From Bacteroidia bacterium (GTDB taxonomy: Bacteria > Bacteroidota > Bacteroidia > NS11-12g > UBA955): a stretch of 64,000 nucleotides of DNA. Position 1 is the first letter of the stretch; the number at the start of each line of letters is the position of its first letter. The stretch is taken from the NCBI GenBank assembly GCA_965655465.1, contig CBFHGY010000002.1, forward strand, positions 9,982-73,981, given 5' to 3'. Both the position numbers and the translations under genes were made by a program. A model generated the notes under the pieces. It saw only the letters and a list, made by a program, of their open reading frames with translations. It did no database searches and had not been told where the DNA came from. This document shows, piece after piece, positions 34,189 through 43,454 of the stretch.

Positions 34189-37011
34189 TTATTTCAATTT
34201 TGCTTCTTGTTGGGCCTTAGCATCGTCAATTATTTTTTGGGATCTACTTAGGGTTTCCTGTTCTAAGGCATCGGCTTTTGAATTGGCCTCGGCTTCAATT
34301 TTGTCGGCTTTGGCGTACCCTTCTTTGCGCAAACTTTCAGCTTTTTTCTGTGCTTGTTCCTGGGCTTTTTTACCTGCCTTTTCTGCCGCTAATTTCTCTA
34401 AAGTATTGCGAGCTTTGGCCGTTAGCGCATCTATTTCGGCCTTTGATTTATCTAAAGTAGCCTGTACCAATTTGTCGGTTTCTTTACGCGTATTTTCTGC
34501 GAGTGCCTTACCTTCGGCACGCAATTTATCGGCTTGCACTTTGGCTTCTGCGCGCAATTGTGCCGCTTTGGCTTCTGCTTCTTCTATCGACTTATCTGCG
34601 ATTTTATTCGCTTCTTTTTTAACTTCATCTACCGCCTTTTCCTTGTATTCCTCCACTACTTTCATGCCTAATTGTTTCCAATCAATTTGTAATTTTGGTT
34701 TCGAGCTGGGTCCTGTGATTGACATCGGTACTGCTTTGCCTTGTGTGTAGAAATACCCCTTAAAGTCTAAATTTTGATCCAAATCTACATTTCCACTGAA
34801 CGCCATTTTAGCCCCTTCGTAAATATCTAAGCGGATGCTATCTTTGAGTGATAATTTTCCATCGTCGATGGAAAAACCCATCTTCCCGGGCTTGATTTTT
34901 ACCTCTTGCATTTTACTTGAATTCCATTTGAATTGATCAAATACTTGCTTTAACCAATCCGGAGATTTGAGTTTTTGGGCCTCGGTTACAGCCAATAAAC
35001 CATCAGCAGAAAGACTTTGCATATCTACACCTAGATCTTCGGTTAAGTTGCTAAGGAATTCGATATTCATATTAAAAGGGGCGTCTAGGTCTTTCAAAAT
35101 AGGCGCATAGGTTTCCAACATAGTAAACTGACCAGTTATGTTTTTTGGGATTAAATTTTGCAAGGAGAGTTTACTATTGATTTGAGGTTTTCCGCCTTCG
35201 AAATAGGCGTATTTTGTGCTGAAATTGATTTTACTTCCCCAAATTTCTGCGGCGATTGGATCGATATCGAGTTTTCCTTCTTTAATATGGATTTTGGCTT
35301 CGCATGATTTCAGTTGGTAGCTATCGTATAATAGTTCTCCAATTTTACCTTGGAAAATCAGGTCTAGATTTTCTGGAATTTGTGGTGCTGCCATGGCAGC
35401 GGTATCGCTCTCCGGCGATGCTTCGCTGTTTGTTTCGCTTGCAGGCATCCATTCATTCAAGTCGATGCGGGGGCTATTAATTCGTAAGGCACCGCTTAAG
35501 GTTTCTCCATTTAATGCATAAGCAATAAGGTTGTCTAAGCGTCCTTCGCTGATTTCTACCGAGGAGGAACCATAACGAATTATAGAGGGCGTAATTTTGA
35601 ATGCGCTAGGGGTGGCTTGCATATTGAAGGTTTTGATGTCTGTTTGAAGCAAACCTGGTGCGCTGTATCGGAAGCCTGTCAAACCTAATGAGCCTTCTGC
35701 TTTGAGGTCGTCAAATTTCTGTTTTTCGATATCGGCATAATGTCCGTCAAAAACCAAACCTGCAGCAACTTGTCCCGAAATATGTACCCCCGAATCTAAT
35801 GGCAAGAGATCCTTCCAGTCGTCAAGATTCATGTTAGCGGCAATTTCTCCTCGGGCGTAAGGACTAGAAATGGGATTGGTGGTGTATAAACTCATTTTGA
35901 AGGGATCTTTACCCAAATTCAAGCTGAAATTCTTTAAATCGACCGTGGTGTGATCGGGATCACCATCTTCATTGGTGAGTCGAAAATCCACATTAATGCC
36001 ACTAACCGATTTGGGTAAATCGGGATATTGGAATTGGGCATTTTCAACGGTTAAATGCATTTTGGTTTGGGGCATTCTTAGATCATCCATGATTCCTTTG
36101 ATTGCCATATCAAATGCCATTTTACCACTTGCTTTTACTTGTTGGAAATCGCTGGTATAGCAACCTGGAACCGCAGAAAGTAAGGATTTGAATTCAGAAT
36201 TTGGAACATGGATTTGAAGATCCATATCCATATTTTCATCGTTCATTTGTACCCAACCTTTCATTTCCATAGGAAGTTCATTCAATTTGGCTTCCAAAGG
36301 TTCAAAACCAAAGCGGAACTTTTCTAAGTCCATTTGTATGTCGCTTTTCAGGTCCAATTTTGCCTTTGAAACCAAAGTCATCCCGTCGTAACTCATATCC
36401 ATGGATTGGGTAGTGAAATGACTGATTAAGGTAAAAATATCGTTAGAGAAATCTCCTTCAGCATTAAAATCAGCATCTGCTGCCTCGAAGTCAACCCCCA
36501 TACTCGCATCGCGATAGCGGATATGTGCATTTTCTACGATTATCTCATTTAAAGCCAGAGAAATCGGAGCTCCACTGGTATCAACGGGTGCTACCACACC
36601 CGTATCAGCAGGCACAATATCGTAGTTTGCACGCCCGCTTTTCAGCACATGCACGTACATCTGAGGCTTGTTGAGGTATATTTTTTTTATCTTTATTGGG
36701 TCCGTATCTGATAATAAGGAAGCAATATCAATGGTAATTCGGAAATTGTCCGTTTTAAACAACGTGTCATTTGCAAAGGAATCAATTCCTACCACACTTA
36801 ATTGGTTCACACTCACCGATAGATTAGGAAAGTTTCGAATGAGACTCAAGCTCAAATCATCGTCAAAACTAATTTTTGCAGTTACCGATTCCGAGGCGGT
36901 CTGTTTGGCCAAAGCTAAAATCTTGCCTTTGAAAGCTAATGGTAGCGTTAAAAGAATAATAAAGACCACCAAAAGCAAACCACTGAAACGTATCAACCAC
37001 TTTTTCATCAT
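34189..37011 (-). CDS. AsmA-family outer-membrane biogenesis protein with a K/A/E-rich C-terminal coiled-coil extension
   Basis: I place the start at MMKKWLIRFSGLLLVVFIILL (N-terminal anchor); the tracked 5' extension to 37179 is not hydrophobic. The body is a long beta-rich AsmA-like region. The last roughly 155 aa are almost only K, A, E, Q, D, L. Confidence 0.7.
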   Translation of the reverse strand: MMKKWLIRFSGLLLVVFIILLTLPLAFKGKILALAKQTASESVTAKISFDDDLSLSLIRNFPNLSVSVNQLSVVGIDSFANDTLFKTDNFRITIDIASLLSDTDPIKIKKIYLNKPQMYVHVLKSGRANYDIVPADTGVVAPVDTSGAPISLALNEIIVENAHIRYRDASMGVDFEAADADFNAEGDFSNDIFTLISHFTTQSMDMSYDGMTLVSKAKLDLKSDIQMDLEKFRFGFEPLEAKLNELPMEMKGWVQMNDENMDMDLQIHVPNSEFKSLLSAVPGCYTSDFQQVKASGKMAFDMAIKGIMDDLRMPQTKMHLTVENAQFQYPDLPKSVSGINVDFRLTNEDGDPDHTTVDLKNFSLNLGKDPFKMSLYTTNPISSPYARGEIAANMNLDDWKDLLPLDSGVHISGQVAAGLVFDGHYADIEKQKFDDLKAEGSLGLTGFRYSAPGLLQTDIKTFNMQATPSAFKITPSIIRYGSSSVEISEGRLDNLIAYALNGETLSGALRINSPRIDLNEWMPASETNSEASPESDTAAMAAPQIPENLDLIFQGKIGELLYDSYQLKSCEAKIHIKEGKLDIDPIAAEIWGSKINFSTKYAYFEGGKPQINSKLSLQNLIPKNITGQFTMLETYAPILKDLDAPFNMNIEFLSNLTEDLGVDMQSLSADGLLAVTEAQKLKSPDWLKQVFDQFKWNSSKMQEVKIKPGKMGFSIDDGKLSLKDSIRLDIYEGAKMAFSGNVDLDQNLDFKGYFYTQGKAVPMSITGPSSKPKLQIDWKQLGMKVVEEYKEKAVDEVKKEANKIADKSIEEAEAKAAQLRAEAKVQADKLRAEGKALAENTRKETDKLVQATLDKSKAEIDALTAKARNTLEKLAAEKAGKKAQEQAQKKAESLRKEGYAKADKIEAEANSKADALEQETLSRSQKIIDDAKAQQEAKLK

Positions 37012-37152
37012 ACAACGAAAATACAATTTTTGCCTAAGTTTTGTTAAAGGTATACAGGTACAATTGACGAATTTCGCAAAAAATCGCTGAAGAAGTTTTT
37101 GCATTTTACGTAACTTCGCTCGTATAAACTTAGAATTAATATAAAGAATCTT

Positions 37153-37587
37153 ATGATAACCGGACTTACACACATGCACTCATTACTACGTTGGGTGATT
37201 TTAGTTTTATTGGTAATTACCCTTGTAAGAGCATTTACAGGGAAATCGGGAAAAGAAGCACGTTACTTAACCATTATTTCTCATATCATGTTGCTAATTG
37301 GTTTGGCACAATGGTTCATGGGAAATTGGGGCTTGAAATTGATTCAAGAAAACGGCATGGGCGCGGTGATGAAAGCTTCTGCGCAACGCTTTTTCGTGAT
37401 TGAACATACCTTAACCATGATTATAGCGATCGTGTTGATTACCATGGGTGGTGTATTCATCCGTAAAGGTAAAGCCTCTGCGAAATGGTTATATGTGGCA
37501 GCTTTGGTTCTAATCCTCTCTCGCATTCCTTGGCCATTTATGGCAGACGGCATCGCACGGGGTTGGTTTCCAGGAATGGGTGTATAA
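37153..37587 (+). CDS. Four-TM membrane protein, unknown function
   Basis: The protein is 144 aa with the N-terminus THMHSLLRWVILVLLVITLV and is followed by a clear terminator. Confidence 0.55.
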   Translation: MITGLTHMHSLLRWVILVLLVITLVRAFTGKSGKEARYLTIISHIMLLIGLAQWFMGNWGLKLIQENGMGAVMKASAQRFFVIEHTLTMIIAIVLITMGGVFIRKGKASAKWLYVAALVLILSRIPWPFMADGIARGWFPGMGV

Positions 37588-37610
37588 CTAGAAGCCTTTA
37601 GTTTTTATCG

Positions 37611-37638
37611 AAAGGTCCCTGTTAAGGGACCTTTTTTT
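37611..37638 (+). terminator. Rho-independent terminator
   Basis: The hairpin is aaaggtccct-gtta-agggaccttt, followed by a T-run. Confidence 0.8.
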
Positions 37639-37640
37639 AT

Positions 37641-37648
37641 TATTTTTG
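37641..37648 (+). promoter_or_regulatory. -7 promoter box TATTTTTG upstream of the HtrA-like gene
   Basis: This exact TAnnTTTG match overlaps the TTG start used by the ORF track. The first ATG (37670) lies 21 nt downstream. Confidence 0.45.
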
Positions 37649-37669
37649 GAATCAAATTTATCGCAAATT

Positions 37670-39103
37670 ATGAAGAATATTTCGTGGATCGGGATAGGAG
37701 CCTTGGCATTTGTTTCGGGCTATGCGGGCTCTTGGTTTAATCAAAAAACCAGTGACTCAAATTCAACTAAATTGCGGATCGCAAGCGAATCATCCAGCAT
37801 TCCAACGCGGACGGCTTCCAACGGTTTGGCCTTACAATCTTTTGAAGATGCTAGCGCTCTATCTACTCCTACAGTAGTATTTATTAAAACCATCTCAACC
37901 GTTCGATATGAGAGTCCTTTTGGGTTGTTTTGGGATTTCGATCCCTTTGGAAGTCGCGGAAAGGCCTCCTCTACGGGTAGTGGAGTTATTGTAAGTCCGG
38001 ATGGATATATCGTAACCAACAATCATGTAATTCAAGGTGCCGAGCAAATTGCAGTGGTTCTGAATAAAGACAAAAGGGAATACAAGGCGGAGGTAATTGG
38101 CACGGATCCAAGTTCGGACTTAGCGTTGATTAAAATTGATAAAAAAGATTTACCGGCCATTGTTTTTGGCAATTCAGATAAGGTGAATGTAGGTGAATGG
38201 GTACTCGCAGTAGGGAATCCCTTTAATCTAACCAGTACAGTAACTGCAGGTATTGTAAGTGCCAAAGGAAGGAATATCAATATTGTAAAAAATCAATTCC
38301 CCATTGAAAGTTTCATTCAAACAGATGCTGCTATCAATCCGGGGAATTCGGGCGGTGCACTGGTAAACCTCAGAGGGGAATTGGTAGGAATTAATACTGC
38401 GATTCAGTCCAATACAGGAAGTTATGCAGGTTATGGATTTGCCATTCCGAGCAATATTGTTCAGAAAATAGTTACGGATTTTATAGAAAAAGGAGAGGTT
38501 TTGCGGGCCTTCACCGGCTTCGAAATTGCGGCCTTGAGCGCTGAAGAAATGCAATCCATGAATTTGGAGAAAGAGCCTGTAAAAATCCGCAGTGTCTTAG
38601 AAGGTAGTGCGGCTGAAAAAGCGGGACTCAAAGCAGGGGATATCATCATCAAAATGGGAAATATTGACATCGACGGTCGGTCGAGCTATGATGAATTCTT
38701 GGCCTATCAAAGGCCGAATAATGTGGTAAATCTATCCATTTTACGCGATGGAAAAGAGCGCAAGATTAGTCTGAGTTTGATTGATGGTAAAGTGCAACGC
38801 GAATTGATGATGCGGGGCTTGGTAAGCAGCAAATATTTAGGTGCTGATTTTCAAGCATTAAATGCCACAGACAAGGGAAAACTGCGAATTTCTTCCGGAA
38901 TTCGAATTTTGAATATCCGAAGAGGGGGGGCGATTTCTCAAATGGGATTGGGAAATGGATTCGTAATATTAAAGTATAATGGGAAAGTGTATCAAGAGCC
39001 GGAAGATCTCATCGCAGCAATGGAAGGTAGTAGCGGCAGTATGAAAATAGAAGGCGTTGATGCCAACGGAAATCAACAATCTTTTTCATTTTTCCGGTAT
39101 TAA
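37670..39103 (+). CDS. Periplasmic serine endoprotease, HtrA/DegP/DegQ family, two PDZ domains
   Basis: The catalytic triad contexts are TNNHV, DLALIKI and GNSGGALVN. Two PDZ-like regions follow. I place the start at MKNISWIGIGALAFV. Confidence 0.85.
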   Translation: MKNISWIGIGALAFVSGYAGSWFNQKTSDSNSTKLRIASESSSIPTRTASNGLALQSFEDASALSTPTVVFIKTISTVRYESPFGLFWDFDPFGSRGKASSTGSGVIVSPDGYIVTNNHVIQGAEQIAVVLNKDKREYKAEVIGTDPSSDLALIKIDKKDLPAIVFGNSDKVNVGEWVLAVGNPFNLTSTVTAGIVSAKGRNINIVKNQFPIESFIQTDAAINPGNSGGALVNLRGELVGINTAIQSNTGSYAGYGFAIPSNIVQKIVTDFIEKGEVLRAFTGFEIAALSAEEMQSMNLEKEPVKIRSVLEGSAAEKAGLKAGDIIIKMGNIDIDGRSSYDEFLAYQRPNNVVNLSILRDGKERKISLSLIDGKVQRELMMRGLVSSKYLGADFQALNATDKGKLRISSGIRILNIRRGGAISQMGLGNGFVILKYNGKVYQEPEDLIAAMEGSSGSMKIEGVDANGNQQSFSFFRY

Positions 39104-39251
39104 TCGTTGCTTTACTTTTGGGAAATTCGTATTTGCGAAAATTTAAATTCGATGTAAGTCGAGCGGCGTGATGGTACCCCAATGGTTACTGGGCCATAAT
39201 TGTCGAGATTACTTCCCCCGAAAGGCCTGATGCGATGCCAGAGGAAGGTTG

Positions 39252-39259
39252 TATCTTTG
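39252..39259 (+). promoter_or_regulatory. -7 promoter box TATCTTTG immediately upstream of kdsA
   Basis: This exact TAnnTTTG match ends 6 nt before ATG 39266, implying a leaderless or near-leaderless mRNA. Confidence 0.4.
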
Positions 39260-39265
39260 TAAGCT

Positions 39266-40078
39266 ATGATGCCCGCAATTCCTTTATTGAAACATACCGA
39301 TTCGTCGAACTTCTTTATTTTGGCCGGACCCTGCGCCATTGAAGGCAGAGATATGGCTTTTGAAATAGCAGAAGCACTCGTAAAATTGAGCGAAGACCTA
39401 TCTATACCTTTGGTTTTTAAAGGATCCTACCGCAAAGCAAATCGCTCGCGTTTAGATTCGTTCACCGGCATTGGTGATGAAACCGCGTTGAAGATTCTAG
39501 CAGAAGTAAGGTCTCATTTTCAAATTCCGGTAGTTACCGATATTCATGAGTCGCACGAAGCAGCTATGGCGGCGGAATATGTGGATGTATTGCAAATACC
39601 GGCATTTTTATTTCGTCAAACAGAATTACTGGTTGCAGCCGCTGCAACGGGCAAGTTCATCAACATCAAAAAGGGGCAATTTGCAGCAGCAGGAGCCATG
39701 CAACATGCCCTGGTAAAGTGCGCAGAATCCGGTAATTCGAACGTGATGTTAACCGATAGGGGAAATAGTTTTGGTTATACAGATTTGGTGGTAGATTTCA
39801 GAAATATTCCCGAAATGCAGTCTTTTGGAGCTCCCGTAATTATGGATATAACCCATAGTTTACAGCAACCCAATCAACAATCTGGAGTAACAGGGGGCAA
39901 GCCGCAGCTTATTGAAACCATTGCCAAAGCGGCTGTTGCTGTTGGGGTAGATGGTTTATTCATAGAGACCCATCCCAATCCTACGGAAGCAAAATCAGAC
40001 GGTGCCAATATGTTGCCCTTGGCACAAATGCGCGGTTTGATGGAACGCTTAATCCGTGTGCGTCAGGCAATCGTTTAA
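39266..40078 (+). CDS. kdsA: 3-deoxy-8-phosphooctulonate synthase
   Basis: The motifs FFILAGPCAIE, KGSYRKANRSRLDSFTG and VVTDIHE are typical of KdsA. Confidence 0.85.
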   Translation: MMPAIPLLKHTDSSNFFILAGPCAIEGRDMAFEIAEALVKLSEDLSIPLVFKGSYRKANRSRLDSFTGIGDETALKILAEVRSHFQIPVVTDIHESHEAAMAAEYVDVLQIPAFLFRQTELLVAAAATGKFINIKKGQFAAAGAMQHALVKCAESGNSNVMLTDRGNSFGYTDLVVDFRNIPEMQSFGAPVIMDITHSLQQPNQQSGVTGGKPQLIETIAKAAVAVGVDGLFIETHPNPTEAKSDGANMLPLAQMRGLMERLIRVRQAIV

Positions 40079-40145
40079 GGAATTTTATGGGTATATACCG
40101 GTTGTATTCCTAAAGGGACTATCGATAAAAATTTCCCCAAGAAAT

Positions 40146-40176
40146 AAAAAAGCCTTCTCATGTAAGAAGGCTTTTC
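40146..40176. terminator. Bidirectional terminator between convergent kdsA and the OmpA-family gene
   Basis: The hairpin agccttct-catgta-agaaggct is flanked by an A-run and a T-run. Confidence 0.7.
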
Positions 40177-40196
40177 TATTAAAGTTAAAATTTGAC

Positions 40197-42977
40197 TTAT
40201 TTATCCGTAGAATCCGTGTCGGTGTCTGTAGATGCTTTCTTCCCTCTTGCGGGTTTAGCGGGTTTTTCTTTCACTGGTTTAGCCTTCCATTCGCGTGGAA
40301 CACGCTTAGGGATAAGGATGTATTCTGTATCCGTTTTATAAGAATCCGACTTGAAGTATTTACTCAATACACGGGTGCCCACTACGATACCTTTTGCTTT
40401 CTCGTCGATTTTAAATTGAATACCGTTTACTTCATAGCGACCCATTTTTACCAAATCAACGGTGAATCGGTTTCCAGGAAGTTTCACTTTGCCTACTTTG
40501 AATTTATCGCCAGAAATAAAGTCTTTCTTCTTGATGAGTTTCTTAGTATACCATTCAGCAGCAAGTTCGGGACTGATTGAATTAACACGGGCTTTATCAT
40601 CGATAGTTAACATAGCAGGTTCAATATCTTGAATCATCACCGGAACCGAAACTTGATCTCCGTCTTTGGTAAGAGGCAATTTAATAGCGTATGTTAAATC
40701 AATAGCGGGAGCAGCAGCAATTGCGGCCGCAGAGTCTTTACGGGTAAGAGAATCGCGTGTAGATGAACCGGAGTTGGTATTGTTCATGTCTACGTCTTGG
40801 TTCACTTTTACACGTGATTTTTGATCTTCAAATGCGAAACGCACCGTAGTACGTCGATTTTGTTGGTGCTGGTATTCGTCGCAAAGTACAAAAGGTTTAC
40901 CTTCGATAGAAGTGATTTCACTGGCTTTATAACTGTCGTAATAGCTATTGATTACATTACCTTTCCGGTCTTTCTCAATAACCATCTTGCGCGTTTTACC
41001 TGCAATATAAGGAGTGAATCCAGCTTTCTCAGCGCCTTCACATTTACAATCGTTGATCAATTCTTTTTCTCCGAAACCCACAGCCACGATACGCGAAGAA
41101 TCGATGTTCCAACGACGCATAAGGTATACACGAGCAGAATCAGCACGACGCTGCGCCAAGCGGGTATTGTAATCCTCAGACGCACGACAGTCCGTATGGG
41201 AACCCAACTCAGCAATCAAACGGGGATAGCGTATTAATACTTCCTGAGCAAAAGTATCCAATACTTTTGCTGCATCTGGACGTATAGCAGCAGAATCCAA
41301 ATCGTAGAAAATAGGAAGCGAGTAAATTTGATCCAAAGGATTCACCAAACAAAAATCTTGTTCTAATTGAGTAGAAAAACGGATGCCATGAGTGGTGCGA
41401 TTTACAGGAGGCTTCTCAAAATAGTATAATTCTGGGAAGGTTGCTGTAATTTCATAATTGGTACGAGGATTCAAATCGGCTAAATACCCTCCGTTCTCAT
41501 CGCATTTCATAACGATTTTAGAGGTATCTCGATCGTTTGTAATGGTAACGGTTGCTCCTACTAAGGGTTTGTTGGTGTTACAATCTGTAACGACTCCTCG
41601 AATGGAAATAACCAAGGGCAATACATCGAATTGAAAGATATCATCGTCGTTTTTACGGGTTCCTCTATTTGAAGTAAAGTATCCTTTCTTTGCATTTCCA
41701 CCTGTAAATGTAATGGCAAAATCATCGCCCCCTGAGTTCAAGGGTTCACGAAGATTTTCCATGTTTTCCCATTTTGTGATGTCATCAGTTTGATCGGCTG
41801 CAAACATATCCATACCACCCAAACCAGGCCACCAATCAGAGCTGAAATACAAACGCTTGTCGTGTGAATTCAAATAGGGGTAATATTCATTACCTGGAGA
41901 ATTGATGGTGGGGCCTAGGTTTACAGGATTTCCCCAAGAGCGAGAACGGCGACTATACGTTACCGCCCAAATGTCGAAACCTCCGTAACCGCCTTCACGA
42001 TCGGATGAGAAGTATAAAATTTTATCGTCAGGACTCAAAGCAGGGTGTCCGTATGAATGCAAGGAATCGGATTTGCAAATTTCCAAGGGATCGCCCATTT
42101 GCCATTCAGGACCCACTTTTTTCATTTGATAAATGGCGCACTTTTCAGATTTTCCGTCTAAACCTCCACACTGTGTGATGTACATTTCGGAGAAACGTTG
42201 GTTAAAGGTTAAGCCTCCTTCATTGAATTTGGTACTGGATGATTTGGCAAAAACCGGTTTAGCCCAGTCCATTTCAGGTTCTACATTGGTTTTCTGTCCG
42301 CGTTTTTTACGGGCCTTTTTGCCTTCGACATACCAAATGTCTGCCCAATGTTCCATGGTTCCGCTGTAGATACGTTTATTCATTCCTCCTTCACGGTCTG
42401 AAGCGAAGAATATTACATCGTCTTTGCGAGAGGCCATCATCGGTGCCCAATCGTTGGATCCGCTATTGGCAATTTTAAATTCTTTAACTTGAAAAAGTGA
42501 ACTGTCTTTGGTCCAACGAAGTGCCAACTCACATCCGTACATACGTTGCAAGACTTCGCTATCTCCGGGAACCCTTTCTAAGTAATCGTCATAAGCACCT
42601 AAAGCCTTGCGATAATCTTCCATTTTCTTAAGCATGTTGGCTTTCATCAACAATGCGGTAGTATTGTTTGGATCTTTTCGCAAAACACGTTCGTATAACT
42701 TTAAGGCCCGGTCATATTTGTTATTTAATCTATACGATTCGGCGGCCAGCAAAAGCGCTTGTTCTTTTTTATCTTTATCCTTCTCATTACGATATACGTT
42801 TTCAAAGGTTACGGCTGCTTGGCCGAAATAACCCTGATCAAATAAAGTTTTGGCCTCTTCAAATTTGGGAGCACAGCCCCAAAAACTCAACGAAGTGAGT
42901 ATTCCGAGAAAGGCAAAACGTAAGGTATTTTTCGTATTTTTCACGATTCTGTCCGAGTAGATTGAACGCATCTTCAC
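40197..42977 (-). CDS. Large OmpA-family protein (TPR + TolB-like PD40 repeats + carboxypeptidase-regulatory-like domain + OmpA domain + C-terminal extension)
   Basis: The protein is 926 aa. It has N-terminal TPR-like repeats and PD40-type repeats (ILYFSSDREGGYGGFDIW, LYFSSDWWPG). The OmpA_C region is FYDLDSAAIRPDA...HTDCRASEDYNTRLAQRRADSARVYL...NRRTTVRF. A further roughly 200 aa follow, ending in a K/P-rich tail. Confidence 0.8.
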   Translation of the reverse strand: MKMRSIYSDRIVKNTKNTLRFAFLGILTSLSFWGCAPKFEEAKTLFDQGYFGQAAVTFENVYRNEKDKDKKEQALLLAAESYRLNNKYDRALKLYERVLRKDPNNTTALLMKANMLKKMEDYRKALGAYDDYLERVPGDSEVLQRMYGCELALRWTKDSSLFQVKEFKIANSGSNDWAPMMASRKDDVIFFASDREGGMNKRIYSGTMEHWADIWYVEGKKARKKRGQKTNVEPEMDWAKPVFAKSSSTKFNEGGLTFNQRFSEMYITQCGGLDGKSEKCAIYQMKKVGPEWQMGDPLEICKSDSLHSYGHPALSPDDKILYFSSDREGGYGGFDIWAVTYSRRSRSWGNPVNLGPTINSPGNEYYPYLNSHDKRLYFSSDWWPGLGGMDMFAADQTDDITKWENMENLREPLNSGGDDFAITFTGGNAKKGYFTSNRGTRKNDDDIFQFDVLPLVISIRGVVTDCNTNKPLVGATVTITNDRDTSKIVMKCDENGGYLADLNPRTNYEITATFPELYYFEKPPVNRTTHGIRFSTQLEQDFCLVNPLDQIYSLPIFYDLDSAAIRPDAAKVLDTFAQEVLIRYPRLIAELGSHTDCRASEDYNTRLAQRRADSARVYLMRRWNIDSSRIVAVGFGEKELINDCKCEGAEKAGFTPYIAGKTRKMVIEKDRKGNVINSYYDSYKASEITSIEGKPFVLCDEYQHQQNRRTTVRFAFEDQKSRVKVNQDVDMNNTNSGSSTRDSLTRKDSAAAIAAAPAIDLTYAIKLPLTKDGDQVSVPVMIQDIEPAMLTIDDKARVNSISPELAAEWYTKKLIKKKDFISGDKFKVGKVKLPGNRFTVDLVKMGRYEVNGIQFKIDEKAKGIVVGTRVLSKYFKSDSYKTDTEYILIPKRVPREWKAKPVKEKPAKPARGKKASTDTDTDSTDK

Positions 42978-43071
42978 AATTTAGCTAAATTAAGATGCTA
43001 ATTAATAGATTAGTATTGAAAAATCAAAGGATTTGTCCCTTTTTATTTGTGGAAGCTCACAAAAAAGAGGC

Positions 43072-43389
43072 TCAGTTCCTTTGGATTTTCAATCGCTGAG
43101 TTTGATCAAAATCGGTACTTCGTAGACGAACTAAGTAGATTCCTTCGTTTAAATTTGGGAAATAAAGTTGAATTTTCCCTTCTCGTATTTGTACCTGCTG
43201 GTAAATTCCGGGAACTGGAGTTCCAAAAATGGTAAAAACAGCCACCTCAATATGCTGTAGGTCGATGTTTTGCAATATAAGGTTGGCCTTCTGATTTGCG
43301 GGGTTCGGTGTAATTTGGAAAGACGGTATATTTTGACCGAAAATCGCAGCATGCACAAACAAAACGCAGATAAAAAGTAAGGCTTTCAT
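43072..43389 (-). CDS. Small secreted protein consisting essentially of a signal peptide plus a T9SS type-A C-terminal sorting domain
   Basis: I place the start at MKALLFICVLFVHAAIFGQ. The mature part is about 87 aa with Por_Secre_tail-like features (ITPNPANQKANLIL..., EGIYLVRLRSTD..QTQRLKI). Confidence 0.6.
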   Translation of the reverse strand: MKALLFICVLFVHAAIFGQNIPSFQITPNPANQKANLILQNIDLQHIEVAVFTIFGTPVPGIYQQVQIREGKIQLYFPNLNEGIYLVRLRSTDFDQTQRLKIQRN

Positions 43390-43423
43390 ACCCTCTACAG
43401 CGCAAAATGCATGCCACGAATTC

Positions 43424-43447
43424 AAAAGGCGGTTTTAAAACCGCTCT
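43424..43447 (-). terminator. Candidate terminator after the M1 aminopeptidase gene
   Basis: A 16-bp palindrome (gcggttttaaaaccgc) is followed on the minus strand by cttttg. The T-run is short, so this is a weak call. Confidence 0.45.
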
Positions 43448-43454
43448 TTATGCT

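Noticed and set aside
40056-40580. A 174-aa plus-strand ORF running from the kdsA end into the OmpA-family gene.
   Set aside because: It crosses the bidirectional terminator, is antisense to the supported OmpA-family C-terminus, and has a Cys/Phe/Arg-rich composition unlike real proteins.
43072-43454. The CTD-only ORF considered as the frameshifted C-terminus of the upstream M1 aminopeptidase (a pseudogene split).
   Set aside because: The small ORF has its own Met and a typical signal peptide. A palindromic hairpin separates the two genes, and the aminopeptidase ORF ends cleanly. A simple frameshift split does not explain these features.
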